From a virus, in the IMG/VR virus record IMGVR_UViG_3300017917_001958, positions 1 through 64,000 of that record: a stretch of 64,000 nucleotides of DNA. One strand, 5' to 3'. Positions 12,801 to 22,379 of the stretch are shown piece after piece. Made by a program: the position numbers and the translations under genes. Below the pieces are notes generated by a model that was not told the DNA's origin, did not search any database, and saw nothing but the letters and a program-made list of their open reading frames with translations. The first letter of the stretch is position 1. The number at the start of each line of letters is the position of its first letter.

Positions 12801-13640
12801 TCTACCCATTTTTTGTCTGGGTTGACAATTTTTATTTAAAGAATTTTTATTGGTGTCCGTGTATGTACCTCCAATTAACATTGCCTTTGGTTCAATTTTA
12901 ACACCTCTATCCGATAAATCAAAATCACTTCTTGTAATACCAATTTCACATAATTCTTGATTACCCCAAAATGGATAAACTTCTATGGTTTTATCAAAAG
13001 AAACTATTTGAGGTAGTGCATTCAAATCTTCAGATGACTTAAATGAGTATGTATTTTTAAATTGGTCCAAACCAATTCCTTGTTTTATAAAATCATATGG
13101 TCTTAATGAAAAACAACCAATGTCAGATAAGTCAACATCAACATGTAAGGTTTGACTTCCAATTGGAACTCCCCAAATCATAAAATCACCCGCATCATTT
13201 GTTTTAACAGTATATGTATAATATTTTTCATAAACTTCTAAAACCTCTTCTCTATTTAAAATATCCGATTGATCAGGAAAGGTTCCTGTTGGTTCGTGTC
13301 CACCATGTTGTTTTCTTGATGGTAATAAATTGTATCGGTAATTTGTATCGTTTCTATCTGATGTCGATTTATATGGATATAAAGATGAAATAACCGGATC
13401 ATTTTCATCTTCAGCTGATAGTGGAACAAATATTGAAACTTTAGCATTTGGTATACCAAAACCATTATTTACTGAAATCCTACCACAAACAACCCCATAA
13501 TCGGCACAAAGAGAAGTGTACACATCTTTTTGTGTGAATTTTAAGGATAAAATTTCTAGTAAATCAAAATCTTGTTTTAATTCAACTTTGATTACTTGAT
13601 CTTTACCGACATTTGTAGATATTCTATGTTTTTGTATCAT
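9864..13640 (-). CDS. Large virion/baseplate-associated protein with N-terminal carboxypeptidase-regulatory-like (transthyretin-fold) domain and an internal hydrophobic segment (1258 aa)
   Basis: GVVCGRISVNNGFGIPNAKVSIF...VKTNDAGDFMIWGVPIGSQTLHVDVD matches the CarboxypepD_reg/Cna-B pattern; it follows the gp6-like gene. Confidence 0.55.
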   Translation of the reverse strand: MIQKHRISTNVGKDQVIKVELKQDFDLLEILSLKFTQKDVYTSLCADYGVVCGRISVNNGFGIPNAKVSIFVPLSAEDENDPVISSLYPYKSTSDRNDTNYRYNLLPSRKQHGGHEPTGTFPDQSDILNREEVLEVYEKYYTYTVKTNDAGDFMIWGVPIGSQTLHVDVDLSDIGCFSLRPYDFIKQGIGLDQFKNTYSFKSSEDLNALPQIVSFDKTIEVYPFWGNQELCEIGITRSDFDLSDRGVKIEPKAMLIGGTYTDTNKNSLNKNCQPRQKMGRKCDLHTKTGTIEAIRFTTTKDDNNRPILEKFDLHEDIPEDGSFVFPVPMNMDYVFTNEFGENEITNDPNKGIATSACYRFRFSLDDAGNARVRKSASYLVPNIRDYQTNGTESDKSYAFSTNFDDYPISAVSNDSNRGILYNQYGQYYPRDYFYRLTYNKVYTVSSFQNLNYRGETFSGDKYLGIKEILPTEEEDCSNDVVTPPVNFGVKNFTFPLLIAEVLLFIEHLLNMVKLLFFNVISKLFISIGYSFMDTCFLGVCPLGGLGRSMVNIGYSIMDTGQKGLRLINYPECEECSGENTLTSTGGGGKVNYCIVGTLTYTVLDLPGSLFYNKITNATFTQPTNGECSTITIPTSISNFISIQNNYGIRNLNGDLFELDPENTVDGLFVSTHLVDGISEDYFSDSKNILIVQSGTYTVDIVDLNNTETGSSNITVNLETGCDIYDTPYNESLISLYYSGTTLPRTEILPINYTPGMDIIGTNVSDGDGYELPPSFNGNTYSRTTGSGKSEFSNGIFYIVPGSQSNGRLIDVLKEYYRRKRVGKLFCGGIVNYSFIDNWLSGSLYFFQFKSKKGKFCEDVIKYISSEDRYYYRSAIYNNESSWGINNWTMNNNQKLIGRPTTMVDLGPRDEFIKEICVDPGLDPNCSVSRSIGPSSFQSFGELLGLAINYRMDVSNNEFNINDFFSNTGFTFTNRVLDGDIIQLISTNNEVGIEEFDLQSPKYLGYSYQILDPDLYPQVFKPNGYWGPVPITFEFDEDGERIRACLNEPTHIANDGVTQIQGRLTESSQKVPFFLWDKKGTGFGGIDENSSDDQSWDYTSVQVQPLQGMTYGYNLNNPEDDSSDRYLLLPITYTFSGISINAGNATNLVEFDAIISGSSHTNYDSEYPGFTVLEVTSGTLAQPTAGTLYTRYSHAGTWHSQPWDTTKDFIIRKTEDYYSGSKQILSTPFMFYFGLKAGKTGLDKFIQLFGPKGAFPPVE

Positions 13641-13694
13641 TCTTATAATAAATAGAAACTTATGAATTTTCTATTATTATAAACAAAAATCATT

Positions 13695-15527
13695 TTAAAA
13701 TGTAGTCGTACCTAAAGTTTTAACTCTAACTTTAATATCTTTATTTGGAAATCTAATCTGAAAAATTTGATTTGATTTCATATAAATAATCATGTCAGAT
13801 TGTTGTATCTCTTTAGTTATTGAATCAACATAGGATTGTGAAACTTCAGACGATGAGTATTCACCTCCGGTTAAACCATATACTCTAATATCAATAACAT
13901 TTACCACGCCTGATACGGTACCAATTATTCTATTTAAATCTCCAACAAATAATGGATCACCCATTTTTCTTTTTTCGATAGCAAAATAACTAACAACATC
14001 TTCAATTGTTGTTTTTATTATATCTGTTTGATTATAATTTTTATCAACAACTAAGTCAATTTCTAAACCCATGTCAATTACCTCACCGCTGTTTATGTCG
14101 ATATAGTCATTTATCATTCTATATTGAGAAAGATAATTTAAAATATTATTTTTTAATGTATTTGAAACAACATCAGTTAAATTACCTTTATCGTCATATG
14201 ATAAAAGTTTAATTCTAACTTTATTATCTTCTTCCATCACATTAACTTTAGCTGGTGCTCCGTATGTTGATGGCATCGTTTCGATTAAAGATTTATAATC
14301 ATTTAAAGTTACCGCTCTATTTTGTGCTGCAAAATTATATGAAATCATATTTCTTATTTCATCAATCGTTGGTTGATCCGCACCACCAATTGCCGGTGTA
14401 ATATTGGTAACTTTTAACGATTGGATAACTTGTGTGTTAATACCACTATTTGGACCATTTACATTGAATTCAACATCATCTACACTATTAATAACTCCTA
14501 CACCTATATTTGAATCTTTTCCGCCACCAACTCTATATTTTATGAATAAAGTTGTATTTGCTTTAGGTGTGGCACCTAAAGACAAGTTATTTAAATAAGA
14601 TGCAATATTAACTTTCAAATCGTTAGTGATGTAGTTATCTAAATTATCTAAAGGATTTACGGTTCCGGAACCAAATGTCACTGAAAAATAACCCTCCGGT
14701 GTGTATTCTGTTACAAATTTATTTGATACGTCAACATATTCACCCGCTTTGAAATTATCTCTATCAGAAACTGACGTACTATTTGGTACAAATACTTTAT
14801 CCTCTATCAATGATTTAACTTCATACCATTTATTTGTTGATGAATCAAACTCAGATGACGTTGGATTTGCACCGAAAGTAGTTCCTTCTTTATGTATTAT
14901 AGAGGTTATTCCTAAAACATTTTGTTCAGGTAAATATAATTTTAAAAATGGTTTTTGATCTATTTCTGTAATAACTCTTCTGAATATTCTTGTGGTACCA
15001 TTTGCAACCGCTTCTCTTTTTGTGATGGTATATGAAACCAATCTATTATTTCCATCAAAATTAGGTATTTTTAATCTATTCGGTTCTCCTCTACTGTTAA
15101 ATGGATTTGAAAAATCAATATCTTCAATTGTTTCAAATATTTGTCCTCCGCCAGATATTTGTGCACCTCCCTTTAAAAGACCCAAATATCTTTCATCTTC
15201 TTTATCACCCCTAACAGGTACATTTACTGAAAAATCACATAAAGCAACTGAAGGTCTTGTTCCCGGTATTTTCATACCATATGTCTTAGCGATATGAAAT
15301 AATGATTGTCTTTGTTGTGCAAAATCTAACATTGTTTCTTGCCAAACTCTATCAATATGGAAATGTAAATTATCTGCAACCGCAGCGTTTAAATCTAACA
15401 ACACTGAATATATTGAAGCGTCATTAGTATTTCCAACCAAATCAGGATAATATTCTTTTGTAAGATTAACTAATTCTTGTCTTAATCCAGCAAAATCTCT
15501 CGTTGCGTATGATATTTTTTTACTCAT
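13695..15527 (-). CDS. Baseplate wedge subunit (T4 gp6 / baseplate J-like)
   Basis: RDFAGLRQEL...LDFAQQRQSL N-terminus, VTFGSG, YRVGGG..SN and GGAD...AQNRAVTLNDY motifs typical of gp6; adjacent to the gp25-like gene. Confidence 0.9.
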   Translation of the reverse strand: MSKKISYATRDFAGLRQELVNLTKEYYPDLVGNTNDASIYSVLLDLNAAVADNLHFHIDRVWQETMLDFAQQRQSLFHIAKTYGMKIPGTRPSVALCDFSVNVPVRGDKEDERYLGLLKGGAQISGGGQIFETIEDIDFSNPFNSRGEPNRLKIPNFDGNNRLVSYTITKREAVANGTTRIFRRVITEIDQKPFLKLYLPEQNVLGITSIIHKEGTTFGANPTSSEFDSSTNKWYEVKSLIEDKVFVPNSTSVSDRDNFKAGEYVDVSNKFVTEYTPEGYFSVTFGSGTVNPLDNLDNYITNDLKVNIASYLNNLSLGATPKANTTLFIKYRVGGGKDSNIGVGVINSVDDVEFNVNGPNSGINTQVIQSLKVTNITPAIGGADQPTIDEIRNMISYNFAAQNRAVTLNDYKSLIETMPSTYGAPAKVNVMEEDNKVRIKLLSYDDKGNLTDVVSNTLKNNILNYLSQYRMINDYIDINSGEVIDMGLEIDLVVDKNYNQTDIIKTTIEDVVSYFAIEKRKMGDPLFVGDLNRIIGTVSGVVNVIDIRVYGLTGGEYSSSEVSQSYVDSITKEIQQSDMIIYMKSNQIFQIRFPNKDIKVRVKTLGTTTF

Positions 15528-15528
15528 C

Positions 15529-15978
15529 TTATATGTTTATAATTATAAAATCTGAAGACGAAAACGCCCCATTATTAACTGTATAATCTATTTTAACTTT
15601 TGCGGTATATGGTTTAGATGAAGTATCTGAAACTCTAAATAATCTAGCATCTTCCTCTTCCGATACAGTTGTTTCAGTTGTTTCATTTTCGGCGGAAATA
15701 ATGTTTATTGAATTTATATCTAAATTAGGTATGTATTTTTTAACACTTTCTCTAATTTCTTCCTCAATTAAATTAAAAGTCACCATATCATTTTGGTCAA
15801 AAATATATTCATATATTCTGGTACCAAAATCAGGTAAATAATATCTACTACCTTTTTTTGTTAAAAGAAGATGTAAAAGATTTGCTCTAACTTCTCTTTC
15901 GGGGGTTTCTGTCATATTAAGAAATTGTCCCTTCTGACTGTCTCTAAATGGATAATCTATTCCGTATGTTTCTGCCAT
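15529..15978 (-). CDS. Baseplate wedge / sheath-initiation protein (T4 gp25-like)
   Basis: GIDYPF...VRANLLHLLLTKKGSRYYLPDFGTRIYEYIFD is the GPW_gp25 signature. Confidence 0.9.
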   Translation of the reverse strand: MAETYGIDYPFRDSQKGQFLNMTETPEREVRANLLHLLLTKKGSRYYLPDFGTRIYEYIFDQNDMVTFNLIEEEIRESVKKYIPNLDINSINIISAENETTETTVSEEEDARLFRVSDTSSKPYTAKVKIDYTVNNGAFSSSDFIIINI

Positions 15979-16017
15979 ATGAAATAAATATAAACAATAG
16001 TAAAATGGTAATAAATA

Positions 16018-16043
16018 AAAAACCCAACCTAAGTTGGGTTTTT
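16018..16043 (-). terminator. Intrinsic terminator downstream of nrdA
   Basis: AAAAACCCAAC-CTAA-GTTGGGTTTTT, a perfect 11-bp stem with A/T tails. Confidence 0.8.
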
Positions 16044-16071
16044 GATATTCATCTAATCTATTTCCTATATT

Positions 16072-18504
16072 TTATGATCCACATCCCTCACATTCGAATG
16101 GTGAACTTGATGGTTTTTCAAAAACCATTTCCATTTCTGGAGTTTGTTCACTAATTATCGAATTAGTTGTTGGTGTAGGTATTGTTTGAATATTTTGATC
16201 AACTGTTTTTACTGTTGTTGTATCGATTCCTAAACCTTTTAATGCATCAACTGCAGATCTGGTTCTTAAATAATACATACCGGTTTTTAATCCTAATTTC
16301 CAACCAAATAAATGTGCTGCCAATAATTTAGGTTTAGTTGCGTTATCCACAAATAAATTTAATGATTGTGACTGATCAATAAATACACTTCTATTTGCTG
16401 CCATTTGTAAAATTCTTTTTTGTGACATTTCCCAAACAGTTTTATAGATTTCTTTCATTTCAGTTGGGATTTCAGGAATATTTTGAACTGAACCATTTTC
16501 CATGATTAATTTATTTTTCATTCCTTCATTCCATAAACCTAATTTTAATAGATCTTTTACTAAATGTTTGTTAATAACAATAAATTCACCACCTAATGTT
16601 CTACGAGAATATAAATTTGTAGTAAATGGTTCGAACGCCTCATTGTTACCTAATATCTGAGCAGTTGATGCAGTTGGCATAGGTGCTACTAACAATGAAT
16701 TACGTACACCGTATTTTATAACTTCATCTCTCAATAAACTCCAATCCCAACGACCTGATAAATCATCGTCCTTTAAACCCCACATTTGATATTGGAATAT
16801 ACCTTTTTCTATTGGTGATCCTGTTATTGATTCATATGGACCAAATTCTTTAGCCATATCTTTAGATGATGTTAAAGCGGCAAAATAAATTGTTTCAAAT
16901 ATTTCTGTTTGTAATTTATCAGCATCTTCACTTTCAAATGGTAATCCTAACATACAGAACACGTCCGCTAAACCTTGAACACCAAGACCTACTGGACGAT
17001 GTTTAAAATTTGAAAGTTTAGTTTCTTCTGTAGGATAAAAATTTAAATCAATTACATTATTCAAGTTTTTAACGACTTGATAAGTCGCATCATATAATGT
17101 ATTATGATTAAATTTATCATACTCAATATATTTTGGTAACGCAATTGATGCTAGATTACAAACTGCCTGTTCTGTTGGTGATGAGTATTCAATAATTTCA
17201 GTACATAAATTTGAAGATTTAATTGTACCTAAATTCTTTTGATTTGATTTATAATTTGCAGGATCCTTATATAACATGTAAGGTGTTCCGGTTTCAATTT
17301 GAGCTGTTAAAATAGCATCCATTAATTTTCTTGCTTTAACCACTTTTCTCGCTCTACCCTCTTTCTCATATTTTTCATATAGTTCTGTGAAATTTTGAGT
17401 AAACGTATATGGATCATCATAAACATCAGATAAACCCGGTGCTTCGTCCGGTGAGAATAATGACCAATCACCATCTTGTTCAACACGCTTCATGAATAAA
17501 TCAGGTGTCCACATAGCTAAGAACAAATCTCTTGCTCTCATTTCTTCTTTACCTGTATTTTTTCTTAATTCAATAAATTCAAAAACATCAGCATGCCATG
17601 GTTCAAGATAAACCGCAAATGAACCTTTACGTTTACCGCCCTGATTAATCCAACGAGCAACTTCATTATATGTTTTCATCATTGGTACTAATCCATCAGA
17701 CTCACCTCCGGTACCTTTAATATATGCTCCTTTAGCTCTAACATCATGAACATGTAATCCGATACCACCAGCCCATTTAGATATTTTAGCAACATCTTTA
17801 ATTGTATCAAATAAACCATCAATATCGTCACCCTTATTTCCAATTAAAAAACAAGATGACATTTGTGGTCTACGAGTACCTGCATTGAATAACGTTGGGG
17901 TAGCGTGTGTATAAAAATGTATTGACAAATCATTATAGATACGTAATGCCATATTAACATCTCCTTTACAAATACCGGTAGCAACTCTCATGTACATGTA
18001 TTGTGGTCTTTCAACGATTCTTGAACCAATTTTTAAAAGATATGATCTTTCTAATGTTTTAAAACCAAAATAATCAAAATCAAAATCTCTTTCTAAGTTA
18101 ATAGCCTCGTCAATAACATCTTTATTTTCAATAATAAAATCGAATAATTCATCAGATATTAAAGATGATTCTTTATTTGTTTTTGGTTCAATAAAAGAAT
18201 GTAATTCTTTTATTGCTTGTGAGAATTTTTTAGGTGTTGTTTTATGTAAATTAGTAACCGCTAATCTACCGGCTAATTTAGCGTAATCCGGATGAGATGT
18301 CGTCATAGATGCAGCAGTTTCTGCTGCCAATACATCCAATTCTGACGTTGTAATACCGTCATAAATTCCTTGTGTTACCTTTAATGTAATAAATGTCGGA
18401 TCAACATATTCCATGTTAAGGTCATTACATAAAGCACTAATTCTTCTGGTGATTTTATCATATCTCATTTCCTCTAATTCACCATTTCTCTTTTTTACTT
18501 TCAT
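16072..18504 (-). CDS. nrdA: Ribonucleoside-diphosphate reductase class Ia, alpha subunit, with ATP cone
   Basis: N-terminal VKKRNG ATP cone, ATPTLFNAG, SSCFL, SNLCTEI (catalytic Cys), APMPTAST, KTGMYYLR and C-terminal CEGCGS. Confidence 0.98.
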   Translation of the reverse strand: MKVKKRNGELEEMRYDKITRRISALCNDLNMEYVDPTFITLKVTQGIYDGITTSELDVLAAETAASMTTSHPDYAKLAGRLAVTNLHKTTPKKFSQAIKELHSFIEPKTNKESSLISDELFDFIIENKDVIDEAINLERDFDFDYFGFKTLERSYLLKIGSRIVERPQYMYMRVATGICKGDVNMALRIYNDLSIHFYTHATPTLFNAGTRRPQMSSCFLIGNKGDDIDGLFDTIKDVAKISKWAGGIGLHVHDVRAKGAYIKGTGGESDGLVPMMKTYNEVARWINQGGKRKGSFAVYLEPWHADVFEFIELRKNTGKEEMRARDLFLAMWTPDLFMKRVEQDGDWSLFSPDEAPGLSDVYDDPYTFTQNFTELYEKYEKEGRARKVVKARKLMDAILTAQIETGTPYMLYKDPANYKSNQKNLGTIKSSNLCTEIIEYSSPTEQAVCNLASIALPKYIEYDKFNHNTLYDATYQVVKNLNNVIDLNFYPTEETKLSNFKHRPVGLGVQGLADVFCMLGLPFESEDADKLQTEIFETIYFAALTSSKDMAKEFGPYESITGSPIEKGIFQYQMWGLKDDDLSGRWDWSLLRDEVIKYGVRNSLLVAPMPTASTAQILGNNEAFEPFTTNLYSRRTLGGEFIVINKHLVKDLLKLGLWNEGMKNKLIMENGSVQNIPEIPTEMKEIYKTVWEMSQKRILQMAANRSVFIDQSQSLNLFVDNATKPKLLAAHLFGWKLGLKTGMYYLRTRSAVDALKGLGIDTTTVKTVDQNIQTIPTPTTNSIISEQTPEMEMVFEKPSSSPFECEGCGS

Positions 18505-18515
18505 ATTTAATAATT

Positions 18516-19487
18516 TTAAAAATCTAAATCACCAAATGCAGAATCTAAATCTTCAGATACGTTATGTACTCCTGCTTTTTGATATTCAGCAACTCTTTTT
18601 TCGAAAAAATTTGTTTTACCTTGTATTGCAATATTTTCCATAAAATCAAATGGATTTGTTGAATTATACACTTTTGGAACACCTAAAGACACTAATAATC
18701 TATCGGTAACAAACTCAAGATATTGTGACATTAATTCTGAATTCATACCAATTAAACGAACCGGTAACGCTTCAAGAATGAATTCTTTTTCAATTTCTAA
18801 TGCTCCACATATAATTTCTTTAATTCTTTCGTTTGAGATTTTGTTCTCAATGTGATTATTAAAAAGATGACAAGCAAAATCACAATGCATACCTTCGTCA
18901 CGAGAAATAAGTTCATTTGAGAATGTTAATCCTGGCATTAAACCACGTTTCTTAAGCCAAAAGATTGAACAAAATGATCCTGAAAAGAAAATTCCTTCAA
19001 CGGCAGCAAATGCAATTAATCTTTCAACAAATGATTCCGAACCAATCCATTTAACTGCCCATTCCGCTTTTTTCATAATTGCCGGAATTGTATCAATGGC
19101 ATGGAACAAACGTAATTGTTCTTCTTTATCTTTAATGTATGTATCAATCAATAATGAATACGTTTCACTATGAATATTTTCCATCATAATTTGAAACCCA
19201 TAAAACATTTTTGCTTCAGTATATTGTACCTCATTTACAAAATTTTGTGCAATGTTTTCATTTACTATACCATCCGATGCAGCAAAAAACGCCAATACAT
19301 GTTTGATAAAATGTTGTTCATCGGAATTTAATTTATTATCCCAATCACTAATATCTTGAGCTAAATCAATTTCTTCTGCGGTCCAAATACACGCTTCTTG
19401 TTGTTTATACAAACTCCAAATATCCGGATGTTCAATAGGGAATAGTACAAATCGATAGGGGTTTTCTACTAAAATTTTCTCTTTCAT
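18516..19487 (-). CDS. nrdB: Ribonucleoside-diphosphate reductase class Ia, beta subunit
   Basis: [45 protein letters not shown] and [10 protein letters not shown] motifs. Confidence 0.98.
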   Translation of the reverse strand: MKEKILVENPYRFVLFPIEHPDIWSLYKQQEACIWTAEEIDLAQDISDWDNKLNSDEQHFIKHVLAFFAASDGIVNENIAQNFVNEVQYTEAKMFYGFQIMMENIHSETYSLLIDTYIKDKEEQLRLFHAIDTIPAIMKKAEWAVKWIGSESFVERLIAFAAVEGIFFSGSFCSIFWLKKRGLMPGLTFSNELISRDEGMHCDFACHLFNNHIENKISNERIKEIICGALEIEKEFILEALPVRLIGMNSELMSQYLEFVTDRLLVSLGVPKVYNSTNPFDFMENIAIQGKTNFFEKRVAEYQKAGVHNVSEDLDSAFGDLDF

Positions 19488-19502
19488 AGTTGTTTATTTT
19501 AT

Positions 19503-20879
19503 TTAATTTCTGTTTGCTTTTTCTTGTGTTCTAAGATATGCTTCTCTGGCTCTAACTTGTTTATCTTGTGCTTTTTGTTCTTCAAAACCAAGTAATGTGT
19601 TTTGGGAATCTGTATCAATTTCAAGATATTCATTGTTAAATTTACAATTTTGCCAAATAACCCCATCTTTTCCAATACGTGATTTAATCAATGTTAATGT
19701 TGCTAAATTATGTTCTTTTTGTTCTAAAGTTTTAGCAATAGAAAGTATTACGTGTGCAATTTGAGCCTTTTTTATTGAACCTCCCATTTGATCCCCGGTT
19801 ACAACTTCAGAAGAAATTGATTCACGATTACCTTGTGTTGCCGTCCATATTGCAATATCAAATTCACTTGTCATAGATTCTAAACTTCTCATTATTGAAC
19901 CTTCTCCTTTCCATTCTTCACCCATTGTTGATCTTTCAGGACTGATACAATCAACATAATCAATAATAAGCAAATCTACTTTAAATCCTTCAGAAATCAT
20001 CTTTCTTAGCTTATTTTTTATTTCTGAAATTGTGACATTATCACTAGGTAATTTTAAAAGTCTAATTCCACCATTTGATTTAGATTGTGCTTCCTTTACT
20101 TTTTCCAAAATTTCAACCGGATTTTCAACCTGATCATCGGGAGCAACTCCTGTCCAAACAGTATAATGTTTTCTTTTAATATTACTTGGATTGTCTTCAA
20201 AAAATATTTGAAGTACATTTAATCCCCAATTATACGCAGTGTTAGCAAATTTAGTTAATAATGTTGTTTTACCGGTACCTGTTGGAGCCAATACAACACC
20301 TAATTCACCACGACCTAATCCTCCTTTAAGCATTTGATCAACACCATTAATACCAGTCGGTATTGGATGTCTATGGTCTTTTTCTAACGCAGATTCAATA
20401 TCATGAAAAACATCAATTGCATCATCATCATGTACACCTACTTGGAGTGCTTTTTGTATAATTTGTTCAATCTTATTATATGATTCAAATTCACCGCTCT
20501 CAATAATATTTTGTACACTTTTTAACTCTCTTTTTAAATTTTGTTGTTTACAAAAATTAAGTGCTGTTACTTTTGGGTAATCAACATCGGAGGTACTTTC
20601 TTTAATAGCCTCCAAAGTGTCAATATGAATCATAGAAGATTCTTTGTTTCCACTTTCTACCCTAATTTTTTGTGCTAACGTATTATAATCAGGAATTTTA
20701 TTAAACGCTAAATATAATTCTTTTAAATTTTCCATAATATATCTAAAAGAATTATTATCAAAAAATCTACTCTCTAAAACATCAATTATATTTTGTCCGT
20801 ATTTTTTATCTTCAATAATTGCTTTTATTAAAGATTGTTGAAACGCAAATCCTAAGTACCCGAAATTTTTTTCTTCCAT
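19503..20879 (-). CDS. Replicative DNA helicase (DnaB / T4 gp41-like)
   Basis: IPTG, Walker A APTGTGKTT, FFED, LLIIDYVD Walker B, WTATQGNR and KSRIG arginine finger. Confidence 0.92.
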   Translation of the reverse strand: MEEKNFGYLGFAFQQSLIKAIIEDKKYGQNIIDVLESRFFDNNSFRYIMENLKELYLAFNKIPDYNTLAQKIRVESGNKESSMIHIDTLEAIKESTSDVDYPKVTALNFCKQQNLKRELKSVQNIIESGEFESYNKIEQIIQKALQVGVHDDDAIDVFHDIESALEKDHRHPIPTGINGVDQMLKGGLGRGELGVVLAPTGTGKTTLLTKFANTAYNWGLNVLQIFFEDNPSNIKRKHYTVWTGVAPDDQVENPVEILEKVKEAQSKSNGGIRLLKLPSDNVTISEIKNKLRKMISEGFKVDLLIIDYVDCISPERSTMGEEWKGEGSIMRSLESMTSEFDIAIWTATQGNRESISSEVVTGDQMGGSIKKAQIAHVILSIAKTLEQKEHNLATLTLIKSRIGKDGVIWQNCKFNNEYLEIDTDSQNTLLGFEEQKAQDKQVRAREAYLRTQEKANRN

Positions 20880-20897
20880 TGTTTTTTTGTTTTTTTA

Positions 20898-21344
20898 TTA
20901 TAGTTCGTATTGTAAATACGTTGTTTCCAATTCTTCAGATGATAATATGTCAGTTAAATCTAACAAAAATCTTTTAAGATTTGGACGTATGTCCACCGTA
21001 TACCTAACCTTTGGATGGTAGTAATACGCTGGAAATATTCTTTGAATAAATACATCATCTCCTACCTTAATTTGTAGTAAGAAATGTTCTTTTTCTTTAT
21101 TCTCCGATTCTTCCACACTATCAGAAGATTGAAAATAATTTTGATTCTCACATAGAAAATCAGAACTTTTTATTTTTAAATCTTCTGAAATTTCGTTACA
21201 AATATTTTTTACATAGTAATGTAAATCCATAGATCTTCTTGATTCATATACGTGATCCTTTACATTAAAAAATCTTTGACAAATAATGTTACCTTCTAAA
21301 GTTAGAAGAAATTCAAATTTTGTGATGTCTTGTTGATTACTCAT
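20898..21344 (-). CDS. Hypothetical protein in the replication operon (148 aa)
   Basis: ORF overlapping the exonuclease stop, between the exonuclease and helicase genes. Confidence 0.6.
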   Translation of the reverse strand: MSNQQDITKFEFLLTLEGNIICQRFFNVKDHVYESRRSMDLHYYVKNICNEISEDLKIKSSDFLCENQNYFQSSDSVEESENKEKEHFLLQIKVGDDVFIQRIFPAYYYHPKVRYTVDIRPNLKRFLLDLTDILSSEELETTYLQYEL

Positions 21345-22365
21345 AGTTTTTTACTTTAATAGTTTTTGATTTTGTTTTATTTTTTTCTTTTCTAGTTAAT
21401 CTGAGGAATGGGTTTAAAAATTTTATCCATCCATCATCTGATTTTGGCAGTATATTAAATATTCCATCTTCCAACATCATTTTCATGGTATTTTTATAAG
21501 ATCTGCCTTCGGGGTCTAAAGATTCACTTATTAATGAATCAATGTTTTCTTTTGCTTCGTCAGTTAAAAACGGTTCATCTAAACTAACAATTTTATTGTT
21601 TAAATAGTAAAACTCATCACCTAAAACACCATGTTTAGTAACACCTGTTAATACTTTTTGTATTAATTTGTTATTTTTATTTTCTTCAAAAATAATGTTA
21701 CTTCTTTCTTTAATGTAAGTTAAGTCAATAGGTTTTGTTCTTATTTCAGGGAATAAATCAAGTAGACTTTTAATTCCTAAACCTTTAATTCCGGCAATAC
21801 TATCTGAAGCATCACCACACATCATTTTAACTAATTTTACGTTTTCAATTAAAATATTTTCGTGTTCATAAACAATTAAATCTTTTTGATTATAAAGTTT
21901 ACCGTGACTTGGGTTATAAATTTTTGTAGTTTCTGAAACAAGTTGCGTTAGATCGCCATCGGACGAATAAATGATTTTATTCTCTACAGGAGAATGTTGA
22001 GTATAGTAAGCAATGCAATCATCGGTCTCACAATACTCATACTCTCCTTGTCTAACATATAATTCTTCAAGATATTGTTTTATTCTATCTCTTTGGTAAT
22101 TATATGAATTAAGTTCTTCTTCTGTTTTGATTCTTGTCCTTCTATTTTCTTTATAATGGCAGTAAATTTTTTTTCTACTTTGTGATCCATCTACTCCATC
22201 CCAAAAAACTACAATTTTATCTAAATGATATGTTTCAAATGATCTCCTAAGAGTATTGAGAAAATGATATATTCCCCCAATGTGTGTTCCTTTATAGAAA
22301 TAATTTTTAACACCATAAAACCCAATCGTGAGTAAATTATCACCATCAACTAATAAAACGGACAT
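21337..22365 (-). CDS. 5'-3' exonuclease / flap endonuclease (T4 RNase H-like)
   Basis: LLVDGDN, VFWDG, YKENR, ETDDCIA, SSDGDLTQL and GDASDSIAGIKGLG (H3TH) motifs. Confidence 0.93.
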   Translation of the reverse strand: MSVLLVDGDNLLTIGFYGVKNYFYKGTHIGGIYHFLNTLRRSFETYHLDKIVVFWDGVDGSQSRKKIYCHYKENRRTRIKTEEELNSYNYQRDRIKQYLEELYVRQGEYEYCETDDCIAYYTQHSPVENKIIYSSDGDLTQLVSETTKIYNPSHGKLYNQKDLIVYEHENILIENVKLVKMMCGDASDSIAGIKGLGIKSLLDLFPEIRTKPIDLTYIKERSNIIFEENKNNKLIQKVLTGVTKHGVLGDEFYYLNNKIVSLDEPFLTDEAKENIDSLISESLDPEGRSYKNTMKMMLEDGIFNILPKSDDGWIKFLNPFLRLTRKEKNKTKSKTIKVKNYE

Positions 22366-22379
22366 TTAATTTTTTTTTA

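Noticed and set aside
16072-19487. Eukaryotic or giant-virus origin suggested by the eukaryote-like RNR, PolB and SNF2
   Set aside because: Sheath, tube, baseplate, neck, sigma factor and intrinsic terminators identify a tailed bacteriophage.
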